DNA of 64,000 nt from positions 1,088,001 through 1,152,000 of the forward strand of contig OY762721.1 in assembly GCA_963666345.1 (NCBI GenBank), in the 5' to 3' direction. The notes beneath the pieces were generated by a model, which ran no database searches, had not been told where the DNA came from, and saw only the letters and a list, made by a program, of their open reading frames with translations. Positions within the stretch are counted from its first letter, which is position 1, and each line of letters opens with the position of its first letter. Origin of the DNA: Desulfatiglandales bacterium (GTDB lineage Bacteria; Desulfobacterota; DSM-4660; Desulfatiglandales; Desulfatiglandaceae). Of the stretch, positions 31,081 to 41,175 are shown in pieces. The position numbers and the translations under genes are program-made.

Positions 31081-32250
31081 ATGAGACGTCAACAGATAGA
31101 TTACATACTCACCAGTATGTTGGAATCCCATGACAACGTTTCGGATCTCAACATGACGGCGGATAAACCTTTCCAGGTAGAATCCTCCGGCGAATTGATG
31201 CCGGTTGAGCTCAACCCCCCCATAAGCCGCATAACCCCCTTTCAGGCCGAGATGTTCGCCCTCAATATAATAAACGGTGACAGACGCCTCACAAGGACAC
31301 TGTTGACCGAAGGGTCCTGCGATACGTCCTATCAACTCGCAGGAAAGGCCCGCTTCAGGGTCAATATTTTTTCACAGAAAGGAAATTATTCGGTTGTCAT
31401 GCGACAACTTGCAACAAGGGTTCCCACCATCCAGGAACTGGGTCTTCCCGCCGCATTCAATAAAATGACCGGAGAAAAGAACGGAATCATCCTTGTAACA
31501 GGGGCGACAGGCAGCGGAAAATCCACCTCGCTCGCCGCCTTTCTGGACCAGATAAACGAGACCAGATCCGTTCATGTGGTTACCCTGGAAGACCCTGTGG
31601 AATATGTACATTCACAGAAAAAGGCCACCTTTAACCAGAGGGAGCTGGGCATGGATTTCGAATCCTTTGCCCTGGGGCTGAGGGCAGCCCTCAGACAGGC
31701 GCCGAAGGTCATCCTGGTCGGGGAAATGAGAGACAGGGAAACGGTGGAGATAGGACTTTCAGCCGCGGAAACAGGCCACCTTGTTCTCGCCACACTCCAC
31801 ACGGTTGATTCAGGTCAGACAGTAAACAGGATAGTCGGCATGTTTGACACGGAGGAGGAAAAACAGATCAGGATCAGGCTTGCCGATACGGTCAGATGGA
31901 TCGTCTGCCAGAGGCTTCTTCCAAAGGTGGGAGGAGGACGGGTGGCGGCCTTTGAGATAATGGGCTCCAACTTGAGGGTCAAGGACTCCATCCTCAACGG
32001 GGAATCCGAAGGCAAGACCTTTTATGAGATAATTGACTCGGGACAGGCCTTCGGCATGATGACGTTTGATCATTCCATTGCTGAGCTCTTCAGGCAGGGA
32101 CTCATAACAGAGGAAACGGCCATGAGCTACGCCTCCAGGAAGGCTATAATGGGCAGGTCGATCGACTCGATAAAGTCCGAAAGAGGGCAAAAAACCACTA
32201 CCCTGGAAAAACTGGACATGGATGAAGACTACGGAAAAAGCGGAAGATAG
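31081..32250 (+). CDS. PilT/PilU family ATPase
   Basis: GATGSGKST, TLEDPVE, ALRQAP, GEMRD, GHLVLATLH. Confidence 0.9.
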   Translation: MRRQQIDYILTSMLESHDNVSDLNMTADKPFQVESSGELMPVELNPPISRITPFQAEMFALNIINGDRRLTRTLLTEGSCDTSYQLAGKARFRVNIFSQKGNYSVVMRQLATRVPTIQELGLPAAFNKMTGEKNGIILVTGATGSGKSTSLAAFLDQINETRSVHVVTLEDPVEYVHSQKKATFNQRELGMDFESFALGLRAALRQAPKVILVGEMRDRETVEIGLSAAETGHLVLATLHTVDSGQTVNRIVGMFDTEEEKQIRIRLADTVRWIVCQRLLPKVGGGRVAAFEIMGSNLRVKDSILNGESEGKTFYEIIDSGQAFGMMTFDHSIAELFRQGLITEETAMSYASRKAIMGRSIDSIKSERGQKTTTLEKLDMDEDYGKSGR

Positions 32251-32275
32251 GGTTAGTACCCCTGGAGGATATTAT

Positions 32276-32932
32276 ATGGAAATAATCTGCGATCAGTGTG
32301 AAAAAAGGCTGAATATACCTGATGAAAAGATCCCTGCTAACCAGCGTGTATCCTTAAGCTGCCCCAAGTGCGGAAAAAAGCTGACCCTTGACGGGCGAGG
32401 GTTGGTAAAAAGCGAGAAGACTCAAACAACCGAGGAAACCCCTGAATTGGAAAGCCGGGACTACGATGAGCAGGACACCTTTTTAGACACCTTTGAAGAG
32501 GGCGTTCCACTGGCCCTGGCAATGGTTGAGGATGAAACCCGGAAGGATGTTATCAAAAGATCCGTCGAGGAGCTGGGGTACAAATTCGTCCCGGCCGCCA
32601 ACAGCCATGATGCCAACGGGAAGATGAGATTTCACAACTTCGATCTGATGGTAATCGCAGACGGCTTTGACGACACATCCGTCGAAAACAGCCCTATCCT
32701 GAATTATCTGAACCACCAGCCGATGTCTATAAGAAGAAAGATCTTCGTGGCCCTTTTGGGTGACGACTTCAAGACCAAGGATCCGCTGATGGCCTACTCA
32801 CTCAGCTCGAATCTGGTGGTAAACAACAAGGATATCGGCCAGATCACATCTATTCTGAAGAACTCAATAACTGAAAACAACAGGTTTTACAAGGTATTCA
32901 TGGATACCATGGTGGAGGTGGGGAAGGCATAG
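32276..32932 (+). CDS. Zinc-ribbon protein with a degenerate receiver-like C-terminal domain
   Basis: CDQC..IPDEKIP..CPKC; start placed after GGAGG. Confidence 0.75.
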   Translation: MEIICDQCEKRLNIPDEKIPANQRVSLSCPKCGKKLTLDGRGLVKSEKTQTTEETPELESRDYDEQDTFLDTFEEGVPLALAMVEDETRKDVIKRSVEELGYKFVPAANSHDANGKMRFHNFDLMVIADGFDDTSVENSPILNYLNHQPMSIRRKIFVALLGDDFKTKDPLMAYSLSSNLVVNNKDIGQITSILKNSITENNRFYKVFMDTMVEVGKA

Positions 32933-32959
32933 GGGATTTGCGAATAATCCTCTTTGAAA

Positions 32960-34012
32960 TCACCCCGCTCCGGAATTATCGATCGCGCAGGGGAGCATAA
33001 GCGCCCCCTTTTCCTTTTTCAGGACCTTAATCCAGGCTGGCCTCAGTTTTTGCACGGCATCATAGGCACCGATCGCCCATACCGCTCCGCCGGCTCCCGC
33101 GCCTGAAAAACGCGCTCCGCAACCAGCCCTTTCAGCCTCATCTATCAGGCCTTCGGTTTCAGGGATAAAGGCCTCGGGGGTTATATCTCTCCTTATTTCC
33201 ATCTCTTTTTTTATGAGACCTGCGGCCCTTGCCCATTCACTCTCCTTGAGCGCCGGGGCCAGCTCTTTTACGATCTCATTTGCCTTAATCCATCCGGAAC
33301 GGGTCCTGCCTGAAAGAAAATCATCTATCCATTTGCGGTTCGTGACTGAAGACACGTGGCTCTTTCCGCTGTAGGCGACAAGTATTCTTTCCGAAAGTTC
33401 CCTTCTGCCTCTGCCGTCAAGGATCATCGTCCTTTCAAAGGGGCAGGCCTTCCTGCTGTATAACCATTGCCACAGATTCACACCCCCGTAGACCGCGGCC
33501 GCCTGATCCTGCATACCGCAGTTTCCTCCGCCCACACCATCCTCTATATGGTATGCCAGATGAAGGAGCTCTCTTTTTGAAAGGCCTTTGCCCTCTTTTT
33601 TCTCTTTGACCTTTGATAAGGCCCTTAAGAGGGCTACAAGGGCGGTGCTTGAGCCTCCAAGCGCGGATTTCACAGGTGCCTGGGAGCTTATGCGAACCTC
33701 CACTCCTTCGTATCCGAAAAGGGACAGGGCCGCAAAAAATATACCGAATGAAGAGGTAAAGGATGCATTGCCGGATGAATATACCTCACTTTTCATGAAT
33801 CCATCGGATGATATCTTCAACATCCCCTTTTCATAAGAAGACAACTTAACCCTGGTCCTGAGATTAAGGGCGATATTTACGGTTGAAGGCCGGCATGACT
33901 CCAACGGAAGGGCCATGGCCTTTATATCCCATGTCCCCCCCGCGTCGATCCTGCACGGGGCTGATGCCTCTATACTGTTAACTTCCAGAAACTGCGTCAA
34001 TGACTCAGGCAT
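32960..34012 (-). CDS. GHMP kinase family protein
   Basis: SAPCRIDAGG..D, PVKSALGGSS, GMQDQ, SGAGAGG. Confidence 0.85.
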   Translation of the reverse strand: MPESLTQFLEVNSIEASAPCRIDAGGTWDIKAMALPLESCRPSTVNIALNLRTRVKLSSYEKGMLKISSDGFMKSEVYSSGNASFTSSFGIFFAALSLFGYEGVEVRISSQAPVKSALGGSSTALVALLRALSKVKEKKEGKGLSKRELLHLAYHIEDGVGGGNCGMQDQAAAVYGGVNLWQWLYSRKACPFERTMILDGRGRRELSERILVAYSGKSHVSSVTNRKWIDDFLSGRTRSGWIKANEIVKELAPALKESEWARAAGLIKKEMEIRRDITPEAFIPETEGLIDEAERAGCGARFSGAGAGGAVWAIGAYDAVQKLRPAWIKVLKKEKGALMLPCAIDNSGAG

Positions 34013-34550
34013 GGAGTTCACCATTTTCCAGCCGCAATCTTGCCATGAAAAGGCCTGATATCGTCTTACTGTCCCTGATTTCGCCACTCTTTATCATCTC
34101 GATTGCGGCATCAAATTTCACCTCATGTACATCGATTATCTCATCACTGTCCAGATCCTGTTGAGCCGCTGCAAGGTCCGTGGCAAGGTAGACATGAATA
34201 AGTTCATCGCTGTATCCCGGCACAGGGATTATCTGCCCAAGACTCTGCCAGTTGCTGCCGGAGTATCCTGTCTCCTCGACCAGTTCCCTTTTTGCGCAAT
34301 TAATCGGAGATTCTTCAGGATCGAGGGTGCCGGCCGGGATTTCCCAGATATGATCTCTGACCGCATGGCGGTACTGCCTTAACAGCAGCAGGGTATTTTC
34401 CCTTACAAAAGGGATAATAGCCGTAGCACCAGGGTGACGGATTATATCCAGGTCCGTAGAGACTCCGTTTTCAAGCGTAACCATTTCCTTTGTAACGGTT
34501 ATCACCCTTCCTTCGTAAATCCTGGCCGTATCGTGAATCTTCGCAGTCAT
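34005..34550 (-). CDS. NUDIX hydrolase (ADP-ribose pyrophosphatase-like)
   Basis: QYR, EIPAG..E....AKRELVEETG. Confidence 0.9.
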   Translation of the reverse strand: MTAKIHDTARIYEGRVITVTKEMVTLENGVSTDLDIIRHPGATAIIPFVRENTLLLLRQYRHAVRDHIWEIPAGTLDPEESPINCAKRELVEETGYSGSNWQSLGQIIPVPGYSDELIHVYLATDLAAAQQDLDSDEIIDVHEVKFDAAIEMIKSGEIRDSKTISGLFMARLRLENGELHA

Positions 34551-34682
34551 TATTTATCTCCAAAATAGTGTCAATTCAGTAAAGTGATACTGCGGGGCCA
34601 TGTGCATCTTTTCTTTGCTGCACCCGGTCCCACTGCTTCGCAGCGGGTTCCCGGTTTCTTCGCCGTGCTCAGTCCGGACGCT

Positions 34683-34893
34683 CAAGCGCAGGTGCCGGGA
34701 CTCTTTTTGAAGGCCTTATCTCACAAAAAAATACCACAGGCATATGCAGTGGCCGGATACCGGGCTTTCTTCCTCGGTGCCTTATCAGACCGGGGAACAT
34801 TTCCAAAAGCCCGGGGATGCGGCCGCTTCTCCGTCAAGACTAGACAAGGCCGTAAATAAGAGTCCCGGCGCCGTAGCGCTATTGCCTATAAAC
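34683..34893 (+). repeat. Structured ~210 bp repeat family A, copy 1
   Basis: GCAGGTGCCGGG..GGCCTTATCT.ACAAAAAAATACCACAGG..GTGGCC..GGGCTTT..AAAGCCC..GGATGCGGCC..TCCGTCAAG..AAGGCC..GAGTCCCGGCGCC. Confidence 0.9.
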
Positions 34894-34923
34894 AAACACC
34901 TTGCAATTAGCAAGTGTCCTGTC

Positions 34924-35991
34924 TCACATCTTATCAAGTGCCTTATCAAGCGGGATCAGGAACTCGTCACATTCCATGCCCACGATACTGACACGGTTCT
35001 CTTCAAAAAACTTCCTTATTGTCGCATGAAGGCTCCTTCGATCAGCCGGAAGCCCCTTGAGCTTTGCCTCAAGGTCAAGCATTGCACGTCTGGGTGTGAC
35101 GAAAAAATCCCCTGTAATATAGATATCCTTGATCCTCTTCTGGGCGGGGTTGATTATCAGGGTAAAACGCACCATTCCGCCCTTTGCCTTGTATATCCCC
35201 TGATGCACTTCCTTTTTCTCGAATTGGTGTCTTACATGATTTATCCATTCGGAAGACCTGTAAAAATCAACCTTTTCTCTGAAAAGCGCCTTTTCAAAGG
35301 AGGCCAATCCGCCCGGCTCAAGTGTTATATCAAAGGTCTTTTCAAACCCTCTGACCATTGCCTCCTTAATCTCTTGGGTGGCAGGCGTATGACCAAGCTC
35401 CCATTTAAGGCAGGTAACCCTCTCCCTGACCGAGTCCACCTCCTTAGCCCTCAGTTTTTCCACCGGAATCTTAAGGCTTCCCATCATGCGGTCCACGTCG
35501 AAATCAACCAGTATGGTACCATGGAACATGAATGCATCGCCTGAATCAATGCCGCCCGTACCAGAAATCTTTCTGCCTTTCACCTCTATATCATTTCTGG
35601 GCCTGAAATCCGCCTTTACCCCAAGCTCATTGAAGGCTGAAATAGCGGGACCGCACAGCCTTTTGTATAGGCCAGCATTGGGGACCTTCACATCAAAGAA
35701 ATCCCTGTCGCATATGATCTCCCAGCCGATCTGGCTTTCGTCCAGATAGATGGCCCCGCCCCCGCTCGGCCGCCGGTTGATATCGATTCCTTTGTTTTTG
35801 CAGTAGACGGCGTCCACCTCCTCCTCTATTGACTGATGGAATCCCACCAGCACCACGGGGGGTGAAAACTGAAGGAAATGTATCGTATTAGGGCTCTCAC
35901 CCCTTCCCTTTACCGCAAGCAGGGTATCATCCAGGGCCATATTTTCCGCCCCGCTCATAGGAGGCGTATCAAGTAAACGCCAGGCTTTCAT
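34924..35991 (-). CDS. Lipoate-protein ligase A, paralog of 1167-2738 lacking the DUF116-like domain
   Basis: WRLLDTPPM..ENMALD, RRPSGGGA, RPRNDIE..GRKISGTGG; long stretches near-identical to 1167-2738. Confidence 0.88.
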   Translation of the reverse strand: MKAWRLLDTPPMSGAENMALDDTLLAVKGRGESPNTIHFLQFSPPVVLVGFHQSIEEEVDAVYCKNKGIDINRRPSGGGAIYLDESQIGWEIICDRDFFDVKVPNAGLYKRLCGPAISAFNELGVKADFRPRNDIEVKGRKISGTGGIDSGDAFMFHGTILVDFDVDRMMGSLKIPVEKLRAKEVDSVRERVTCLKWELGHTPATQEIKEAMVRGFEKTFDITLEPGGLASFEKALFREKVDFYRSSEWINHVRHQFEKKEVHQGIYKAKGGMVRFTLIINPAQKRIKDIYITGDFFVTPRRAMLDLEAKLKGLPADRRSLHATIRKFFEENRVSIVGMECDEFLIPLDKALDKM

Positions 35992-36092
35992 TATCTGTCT
36001 CCTCACAAAAATTTTGTTCCTCATTTATCAGCTGCCAATGGCAATGTCAAAAGATAGGGGAAAAGTCTTACAGGCCGGATCGGATCCAGGGC

Positions 36093-36330
36093 CATAATTG
36101 ATGACATCGTAATAAGTCAAAATTCAGACGGCACAGTAGAAAGTTCAAATGCAAGCCTTGCACTTCCGGGAACCCGCCCCAAGCCTGTTGAGGGGTGGGA
36201 CTGAGCAAGGCCCGCAGGGTCTTCCGAAGAATCTTGAGGAATGAGGCGTATAGTACATCGCAATGACGAAAGATGAAGCATAATCCCCCGTGGCGCGGGA
36301 TTGGACTTTTTACGAAGCCGGCATAATTGA
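36093..36330. mobile_element. MITE-like element, family C
   Basis: Imperfect terminal inverted repeats (TGATGACATCGTAATAAGTC / GACTTTTTACGAAGCCGGCA); CATAATTGA at both ends; no transposase. Confidence 0.55.
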
Positions 36331-36349
36331 TTAACCATGACGAAGTCTT

Positions 36350-36694
36350 CTAGACGCTCAGAAGAGTTTCTCCATTCTTTAAGAGTTCGGTAAGTGGTTC
36401 CCCCCAATATTTCACTTCCACATCCAGGGCCTCAAACACCTCAGTTGCCCCCAGCTGATCCGCGCACGCCTTGCACGCGGTCACATGCACGCCGGCCTCT
36501 ATCGCCTCCTTTATTTTCTCCCTTATATCAGGCTCATCGCGCACGAGCCGGGCGGGATCTCCCCATATTATGAGGGTCACCTTGCCCCACCAGCCCTTGA
36601 TCAATGAATTTATTGCGTACATGAATACCATTTTTTCCGCGGTCACGCGATTTCCGTTTGTCCAAAGCATGTATAAATGTTCACTGTCTGCCAT
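36350..36694 (-). CDS. DsrE family protein
   Basis: LWT..MVFMYA.N..WW..VTLIIWG, ACKACAD. Confidence 0.8.
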   Translation of the reverse strand: MADSEHLYMLWTNGNRVTAEKMVFMYAINSLIKGWWGKVTLIIWGDPARLVRDEPDIREKIKEAIEAGVHVTACKACADQLGATEVFEALDVEVKYWGEPLTELLKNGETLLSV

Positions 36695-36734
36695 TTTGTC
36701 CTCCTTATTCTTCTGGTTTGGCTTAAACTCAATT

Positions 36735-36939
36735 GCAGGCTCACGGGCTCTTTCGCAGGCCTTATCTTACAAAAAAATACCACAGGCACTCGAAGTGGCC
36801 GTTTATAGGGCTTTCCTCCCGAATTCGCTACCAGCCAGGGTAATGTTTGCAAAAGCCCGTGGATGCGGCCACTTCTCCGTTAAGCATAGATAAGGCAGAG
36901 AAAAGAGTGCCGGTGCCGAAGCGTTTATACCCTTTAAAT
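36735..36939 (+). repeat. Structured ~210 bp repeat family A, copy 2
   Basis: Same ordered sequence blocks as 34683-34893. Confidence 0.9.
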
Positions 36940-36999
36940 AGCCGAATTCTTGCTTGCAGCCTTCGATTCAGCGTCCGCAACCCTTATCATCGTTGGAAT

Positions 37000-37146
37000 C
37001 CTGAATCTGCCTGGTATGTAGTCGGAGGAAATCAGGGCCTTTTTCCTGTAGATCGATGCGGGAGAGGAGGATGACCAGTCACAAAAAACCACTGCCGCTG
37101 CATAAGCGGGTGAAGAATCATAAGATACGTCGACGGCTGCGATCAT
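37000..37146 (-). pseudogene. Truncated endonuclease V (nfi-like) 5' fragment
   Basis: MIAAVDVSY..AAAVVF.DW..P..YIPGRF, then similarity ends before the expected RE motif. Confidence 0.65.
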
Positions 37147-37342
37147 TTTTCCGGCCTGAAAACAGGGCATCTTTTTTCTCTCAAATATCAATCTAACCCT
37201 ATTTATGAACTATATCAATCTATTGATATACAGGCTTCCGCCTTATGATCATCAGCTGATAGAGAGATAATCCATATTCATTTATTGAAAAACCCTTGAG
37301 AAAGGTTATTATCAGGTAATTTTCTTTTTTGACCCTTTTATT

Positions 37343-37918
37343 ATGCCCAGTAAAGGAGGAAGGGACTCTCTTTTGGACCCTGTTACCATAGTCGGAACGG
37401 CATTCGGCCTTGCAATGGATGCATTTGCCGTGGCAACTGTCGTTGCGGCAGGACTTAACCGGATTACTTTCAGGCACATCTTCAGACTTGCCTGGCATTT
37501 CGGACTGTTCCAGGCCATGATGCCGGTCATAGGCTGGTTCGGCGGCGCTGCTGTTTCATCCCTTTTTACATCCTTTGCCTATTGGGTAGCCGCCGGGCTC
37601 CTTGCATTCATCGGCATCAGGATGATATGGGAGTCTTTCGAGCATGAACAAAAGGGAAAATCGTTTGATCCCACCAGGGGATGGAGCCTTGTGGGACTTT
37701 CCGTTGCCACGAGCATTGACGCCCTGGCAGTGGGAATATCAGTCGGCCTTATGAAGATATCGATCTGGATTCCGGCACTTGTAATAGGCCTCATAACCAT
37801 GGTCCTTACCTCCTTTGGTGCCTGGTTAGGGCGGACGGGCGGCATGATCTTCGGGCCGTGGGCCGAAAGGATCGGTGGAGTCATATTGATCCTTATCGGC
37901 ATCAGGATCCTGATTTAG
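37343..37918 (+). CDS. mntP: Manganese efflux pump MntP family
   Basis: LAMDAFAV, FGLFQA.MP.IG, ATSIDALAVG, AERIGG.ILI.IG; true start may be the TTG near 37373. Confidence 0.9.
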   Translation: MPSKGGRDSLLDPVTIVGTAFGLAMDAFAVATVVAAGLNRITFRHIFRLAWHFGLFQAMMPVIGWFGGAAVSSLFTSFAYWVAAGLLAFIGIRMIWESFEHEQKGKSFDPTRGWSLVGLSVATSIDALAVGISVGLMKISIWIPALVIGLITMVLTSFGAWLGRTGGMIFGPWAERIGGVILILIGIRILI

Positions 37919-37956
37919 CATTTATCAGAAAACCGGGGATTTCCGGATAAAAGCCT

Positions 37957-38634
37957 TCAAACATGGTGGATCGCCTTAAAATAAAGAAGGGCACCGTTTT
38001 CGACCGGCAAGGTTTCAAGGCATAAATCAAATAGCGAGCAGTATTCTTCCAATTCCTCTTCAGAGTATAATTTCCCCCTTATGGGACTGGTTGTCTTTTT
38101 TCTCTCCGGAACCGGTACCGAGCAATAAAAGACACCTCCCCGCACCAGGACCCTCCTTATTTCCGCTAAGACAGCTTTCAGATCATTGAAGAAGTTAAGA
38201 GAAAGCATGCAGACGCAGATATCAAAGGAATCATCGGCAAAAGGCAGGTCATCGGCTGTCGCGACGTAAAAGCGGGGTTCTCTGAAATCCGCCTCTCTGA
38301 ATCTTTTAACAGCCTTCCTGAGTAGTCCGGCACTTATGTCCGTCCCTGTATAGCTGTTGCCGGATGGGAGAAAATCCGAGGCACTTCCGCTTCCAGCCGC
38401 AAGTTCAAGGATACGCTTATCCTTTACATCCTCTAACTCCTGGCTGAGGATTTCAACATGCCTGATTATATCCCCTCCGAATTTTTTAGGAAAAATGGAG
38501 TTCTTCATGATGTAGTCATAAAGGAATGAAAAGGCATCTCCAAGCCATGGTCTGAATCTCCTCGGCTTGCCGTATTTTGTCTCAACATATTCAAGCCCTC
38601 TTACCTTTACCGTCTTTATCCCTTCTTTTAACAT
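37957..38634 (-). CDS. Class I SAM-dependent methyltransferase
   Basis: ILELAAGSG, GTDIS, LPFADDSFD, EIRRVLVRGG; start uncertain. Confidence 0.85.
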   Translation of the reverse strand: MLKEGIKTVKVRGLEYVETKYGKPRRFRPWLGDAFSFLYDYIMKNSIFPKKFGGDIIRHVEILSQELEDVKDKRILELAAGSGSASDFLPSGNSYTGTDISAGLLRKAVKRFREADFREPRFYVATADDLPFADDSFDICVCMLSLNFFNDLKAVLAEIRRVLVRGGVFYCSVPVPERKKTTSPIRGKLYSEEELEEYCSLFDLCLETLPVENGALLYFKAIHHV

Positions 38635-38877
38635 AACCGGCTGAATCGCACCTCCGCTATGAGCAACTTTACACACATCCTTTAATGATGTTGCGCACTG
38701 CTTATCAATTATCACTTTACCAGTCAATGGCTGCAGCCCGACTTTGGAGTTTCTGGATCTGCCGGAGCGAATGCAGGGTACTGTCTTTTTTTATGGTTGA
38801 TTAATTGTAAATAATAGCCAAGCATACAGATCTTAAACATAATTATCCGTCACCTTATAAAGGGACATGTTTTTACC

Positions 38878-39459
38878 ATGAGTGAAACCTTTCTGATTCC
38901 AGCCAGGCGATGCAGGGTCTTTGAGACTATCTCAAGGAGCCGCTTTATCACGACAATCGGCCACGCAGCAGATGATGCAGCGGCAAAACAGTTCATAGGG
39001 AAAATAAGTAGCGAATTCGCCGATGCCTCACACAACTGCTGGGCATACCAGACCGGACCTCCCGGAGATACCATATCCATAGGCATGAGCGATGACGGCG
39101 AACCACACGGAACAGCGGGCCGCCCCATGCTCACGGTGCTTATTCATGCGGGGGTAGGTGAAATCGTTTCAGTAGTGACAAGGTATTTCGGAGGGATCAA
39201 GCTGGGAAAGGGAGGACTCGTGCGTGCCTACACCAGCGGGGTCAAGCAGGCGCTCGAACAACTGCCCACGACATATAAGCAGGAGTTCGAGGTCATTACA
39301 GGCCTGTTTGACTACCGGCACCTCCGGGAGATCCGAAGGATCTGCCGCACCTTTAAGGCCCGTATTGTGGATGAAGTATATGCAGAAAGGATCCGCCTTG
39401 AAATCGAACTGCCGGCCGGGACCCGTCAGGCCTTTGAAAAAGAGGTGTCCCGATTTTAG
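38878..39459 (+). CDS. YigZ/IMPACT family protein
   Basis: SRF, ASHNCWAY, SDDGEPHGTAG, VTRYFGGIKLG.GGL.RAY. Confidence 0.93.
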   Translation: MSETFLIPARRCRVFETISRSRFITTIGHAADDAAAKQFIGKISSEFADASHNCWAYQTGPPGDTISIGMSDDGEPHGTAGRPMLTVLIHAGVGEIVSVVTRYFGGIKLGKGGLVRAYTSGVKQALEQLPTTYKQEFEVITGLFDYRHLREIRRICRTFKARIVDEVYAERIRLEIELPAGTRQAFEKEVSRF

Positions 39460-39608
39460 CACCCCCGGCAAGACTAAAAGAGAAAAACCTCAGGAAAGCA
39501 AGGGAATAAAGAAGAAAGATAAGCCACGAAAAGGCCCGGCAAAAGGGAATAAAGCCCTTTCGAGATCTACAGACGGACATAATATGAAGACACCCGGAAA
39601 AACCGGGT

Positions 39609-39637
39609 AAAAAAAGTGGCAAAGGATTTTGCCACTT
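39609..39637 (-). terminator. Intrinsic terminator downstream of tRNA-Pro
   Basis: AAGTGGCAAA/TTTGCCACTT stem with a T tract on the minus strand. Confidence 0.7.
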
Positions 39638-39670
39638 CAAAGACGCAAAGATATTTATATTATTAAAACA

Positions 39671-39747
39671 TGGTCGGGACGACTGGATTTGAACCAGCGA
39701 CTCCCGCGTCCCGAACGCGGTGCTCTACCAGACTGAGCCACGTCCCG
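39671..39747 (-). tRNA. tRNA-Pro(CGG)
   Basis: CGGGACG acceptor stem, D arm, anticodon arm CCGCG-TTCGGGA-CGCGG, GGTTCAAATCC T arm, encoded CCA. Confidence 0.97.
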
Positions 39748-39777
39748 ACTCTATTTAATTGAGTTGCCCACCATATA

Positions 39778-40389
39778 TTATTTCTTTTTAAGAGGCAAGG
39801 GCAATTTGTCCGCCACAATTTTCATGAACTTTTCCATTATCTTGGCGGTGGCCCCCCATATCACATCCCCCTTATAGGAAAACGTCGGCCCTGTGTAGGG
39901 CTCTCCCATGTATTCAAAGACATCACCCCTTGCCTCTCTGTTTTCAGGATGAAACAGATTAAGCGGCACGGGGATTACCCTTTCAACCTCCACCTCGCTT
40001 ATGACAAAATCATACGGGTATGGAATAAGGCCCACTACCGGATGAATCACGAAATTTGAGGCAAGCGTGAGAGTATCATCCATGGGACCAAGAATCTTTA
40101 CATCCTCAGGTCTGATGCCTACCTCTTCATGAGATTCCCTAAGGGCCGTGTCTATAAAGGAGTTATCCTCATCGTCCACTGCGCCGCCAGGAAAGGATAT
40201 CTGCCCCTTATGGTGCTCCACCGTGTCTGTCCTTTTGGTAAAAAGCACGGCGCAGCCCCCGTTCATAGAAAAAAGCGGGATAAGGACCCCTGCGTGGCGA
40301 TATAGATGTTCCCCGTCTTCGATCACGCCGGGATTTCTGCTATTCAATACCTCCCCTATTAAATGAACCATGTCTTTGCCTGTTTCCAT
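39778..40389 (-). CDS. NUDIX CoA pyrophosphatase
   Basis: LFTKRT...HHKGQISFPGG, TALRESHEEVG, IWGATA. Confidence 0.9.
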   Translation of the reverse strand: METGKDMVHLIGEVLNSRNPGVIEDGEHLYRHAGVLIPLFSMNGGCAVLFTKRTDTVEHHKGQISFPGGAVDDEDNSFIDTALRESHEEVGIRPEDVKILGPMDDTLTLASNFVIHPVVGLIPYPYDFVISEVEVERVIPVPLNLFHPENREARGDVFEYMGEPYTGPTFSYKGDVIWGATAKIMEKFMKIVADKLPLPLKKK

Positions 40390-40404
40390 ATATCACACGC
40401 GCTT

Positions 40405-41175
40405 TTAAGATGCGGGTGTTTCCACCCCATAGACTCCAAGGTACTCGTCAAAAGCCCTCTTTGTCTCCTCATCGATTGGTTTCCGGTTTCCACCTATCAT
40501 CACAGGGATCTTCTCTTGGTAAAGATACTCGATCACCTCTTTTATGCCTGCAACCGCATTCACCGGTACTCCGCTTTTTGAGATGAATTCCTCTATCGCG
40601 TTATCTCCCCTGGTGTCCTTGACAACATCCCCGTTTTCATCATAGACCGCGGTCGTTTGCTCCCTGTCTATGCCGATACCGATTCCGATCACATTGTATG
40701 ACCTGCTATGGGCCCTTGCCTCATGCTCAATTTTTTCAAGCAGTTCATATTTTGTCCCCATCGAGGTTGCCACGTCATCAACAACAAATATACGGCACCC
40801 GTCAAACAGGGACTTGTTCACGAATATAGTCTTCTGCGAGCTAGCCTCACCGTGCGTCTTTGCCTCCTTGCGGTCATACTCAAACAGCATATCAATGCCA
40901 TGATCCCGCCATAGTGCGATAGCAGTCGCAAGCGCTATGGAGCTTCCCTTGTAAGAGGGGCCGAGTATTATGTCGGTCTCCTTTTCAAGGCCGAGTGAAA
41001 CCATCATTCCCGCGTAAAACGAGCCCATCTCCATGCTCAGCCTTCCGGTCTTGAACATGGCCATATTTACAAAATATGGGGTGGGGCGTCCGTCCTTGAG
41101 CACAAGGCCCTTGTCAAAAAAAAGCGCCCCTGTCTCGGCGAGAATTTCGGCGAATCTGGTCTTGTATTTTTCCAT
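40405..41175 (-). CDS. pyrE: Orotate phosphoribosyltransferase
   Basis: LKDGRPTPYFVN, GPSYKG, RKEAKTHGE, VVDDV. Confidence 0.88.
   Translation of the reverse strand: MEKYKTRFAEILAETGALFFDKGLVLKDGRPTPYFVNMAMFKTGRLSMEMGSFYAGMMVSLGLEKETDIILGPSYKGSSIALATAIALWRDHGIDMLFEYDRKEAKTHGEASSQKTIFVNKSLFDGCRIFVVDDVATSMGTKYELLEKIEHEARAHSRSYNVIGIGIGIDREQTTAVYDENGDVVKDTRGDNAIEEFISKSGVPVNAVAGIKEVIEYLYQEKIPVMIGGNRKPIDEETKRAFDEYLGVYGVETPAS

Noticed and set aside
37200..37345. yybP-ykoY Mn riboswitch upstream of mntP
   Set aside because: The region is AT-rich and I could not identify the conserved motif or helices.
36350..39747. Integrative island at tRNA-Pro
   Set aside because: No integrase and no duplicated tRNA 3' end was seen.
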